The notes under the pieces are model-generated. The model did no database searches and was not told the origin of the DNA. It was given only the letters and a program-made list of their open reading frames with translations. Shown here in pieces: positions 62,711 to 64,000 of a DNA stretch of 64,000 bases. The translations under genes were made by a program, and so were the position numbers. The DNA comes from Isoptericola halotolerans (lineage in GTDB: Bacteria; Actinomycetota; Actinomycetes; Actinomycetales; Cellulomonadaceae): NCBI RefSeq assembly GCF_013149785.1, contig NZ_JABEZU010000002.1, forward strand, positions 806,001-870,000. The letters run 5' to 3'. How positions within the stretch are numbered: the first letter of the stretch is position 1; each line of letters begins with the position of its first letter.

Positions 62711-63700
62711 ATGTCTGAGCCCACGCACAACCGCACCGTCCTGGTCCTGCTCGACCCTGCGACCGAGGTCCGCTCCAGCGTGCTCGAGCTGCTGACCATC
62801 GGCCGCTCGCTCGGTCGGGTCGAGGCCGTCACCCTGGAGGCTCCGAGCGTCGAGGCGCTGGCCCAGCTCGGCGCGTACGGCGTCGAGACGGTTCACCAGG
62901 CCGAGCTGCCCGCCGAGCTGCGCGGCGACGCCCGGCACCTGTCCGCCGTCGTCGCCGAGGTGCTGGCCGCCGCCGTGCGGCTCACCGACGCCGACGTCGT
63001 GCTGGCGCCCTCCACCTTCGCCGCCAAGGAGGCCGCGGCCCTGGCCGGACGCGCTCTCGGCGCGGGGGTCGTCATCGACGCCGCGGGGGTGACCTCGGGG
63101 ACCGACGGCCGCGTCGTGGCGACCAAGCGTGTCTTCGCCGGGTCCTGGGACACGGCGTGCGAGGTCACCACCGACGTGGCCGTCCTGACGGTCCGCGCCA
63201 ACGCCGTCGTGGCCCAGCCGGCCGAGGCCGCGGTGGCCACGGAGGTCGAGGGCTTCGCCGTCACCGTCGACGCCCCGCTGCCCGCGGTGGCCGCACGGAC
63301 CGCCACGGCCCGTGACGCCGACCGGCCCACGCTGGAGGAGGCGGCCATCGTGGTCGCCGGGGGCCGGGGCACCGGCGGGGACTTCGGTCCGGTCACCGAG
63401 CTCGCCGACGCCCTGGGCGCGGCCGTCGGGGCCTCGCGCGACGCCGTATTCGAGGGGTGGTTCGACCGGTACGTCGGGCAGACCGGCGTGACGGTCGCGC
63501 CTCGGCTCTACATCGGTGCGGGCATCTCGGGCGCGCCGCACCACCGTGGCGGCATGCAGGCGTCGCAGGTGGTCGTCGCGGTCAACAACGACCCCGAGGC
63601 GCCGATCTTCGAGATCTGCGACTTCGCCGTCGTCGGTGACCTGAGCGACGTGCTCCCGCAGGCGGCCGAGGTCATCCGCGCCCACAAGCAGCAGGCCTGA
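62711..63700 (+). CDS. etfA: Electron transfer flavoprotein alpha subunit
   Basis: VVAGGRG, VGASRDAV, VGQTG, GISGA, AVNNDPEAPIF. Confidence 0.95.
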   Translation: MSEPTHNRTVLVLLDPATEVRSSVLELLTIGRSLGRVEAVTLEAPSVEALAQLGAYGVETVHQAELPAELRGDARHLSAVVAEVLAAAVRLTDADVVLAPSTFAAKEAAALAGRALGAGVVIDAAGVTSGTDGRVVATKRVFAGSWDTACEVTTDVAVLTVRANAVVAQPAEAAVATEVEGFAVTVDAPLPAVAARTATARDADRPTLEEAAIVVAGGRGTGGDFGPVTELADALGAAVGASRDAVFEGWFDRYVGQTGVTVAPRLYIGAGISGAPHHRGGMQASQVVVAVNNDPEAPIFEICDFAVVGDLSDVLPQAAEVIRAHKQQA

Positions 63701-63721
63701 CCGCGAGATCGCAGGTGCGGC

Positions 63722-63964
63722 TCAGCCGCCGGCGAAGGGCGGCAGCAGGTCGAGTCGCGCACCGTCGGGCACGACGTCGCCCGGGGCCGCCCGGCGCCCG
63801 TCCAGCAGCACCGAGCAGCGGGACAGCACCGCCGCGGCCTCCGGCGACCTCTGCGTGAGCCGCCCGACGACGTCACCGACCGTGGCGCCGTCGTCGACCA
63901 CCAGCGTCTCGCCGGGACGGCCCAGGGCTGCCCGGGCGGCGGCGAAGTAGCGCAGCTCCACCAT
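63722..63964 (-). CDS. moaD: MoaD/ThiS sulfur carrier
   Basis: LRYFAAAR, C-terminal LPPFAGG. Confidence 0.88.
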   Translation of the reverse strand: MVELRYFAAARAALGRPGETLVVDDGATVGDVVGRLTQRSPEAAAVLSRCSVLLDGRRAAPGDVVPDGARLDLLPPFAGG

Positions 63965-63968
63965 GCCC

Positions 63969-64000
63969 CTAGCCCCCGATCGCGCTCATGGTCCGGTCGG
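63969..64000 (-). CDS. moaA: 3' end of GTP 3',8-cyclase MoaA (partial)
   Basis: Last codons DRTMSAIGG*, a typical MoaA C-terminus, directly upstream of moaD. Confidence 0.7.
   Translation of the reverse strand, partial: DRTMSAIGG

Overview
High-GC actinobacterial chromosome segment; the gene content suggests Micrococcales, which is inference. From left to right it contains: (1) a ~21 kb hemicellulose locus with three sugar ABC importers (no ATPase genes), a LacI regulator and GH95, GH42, GH31 (YicI) and GH1 glycosidases, a set matching fucogalacto-xyloglucan oligosaccharide breakdown, with a recurring GTCGAAGCGCTTCGAC palindrome; (2) a class Ib ribonucleotide reductase operon nrdHIEF with tandem NrdR boxes; (3) VOC, SDR, FKBP, two alpha/beta hydrolase, DivIVA/Scy-like coiled-coil, two unknown envelope and thioredoxin-TPR genes; (4) the alpha-glucan/trehalose genes glgB, mak, treS, glgE and glgX, interrupted by three inserts: a galactomannan-oligosaccharide operon (LacI, ABC, GH2, GH113, GH36), a 2.66 kb lower-GC ABC-ATPase + TOPRIM-like pair bounded by 12-bp direct repeats, and an AbiEi/DUF559-type nuclease gene bracketed by two related 75-bp palindromes; (5) etfBA, moaD and the 3' end of moaA. 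I saw no rRNA, tRNA, CRISPR array, integrase or transposase. The strongest novelty candidates are the palindrome-flanked nuclease cassette and the repeat-bounded ATPase/TOPRIM islet. Family calls come from motifs read by eye, not database searches.
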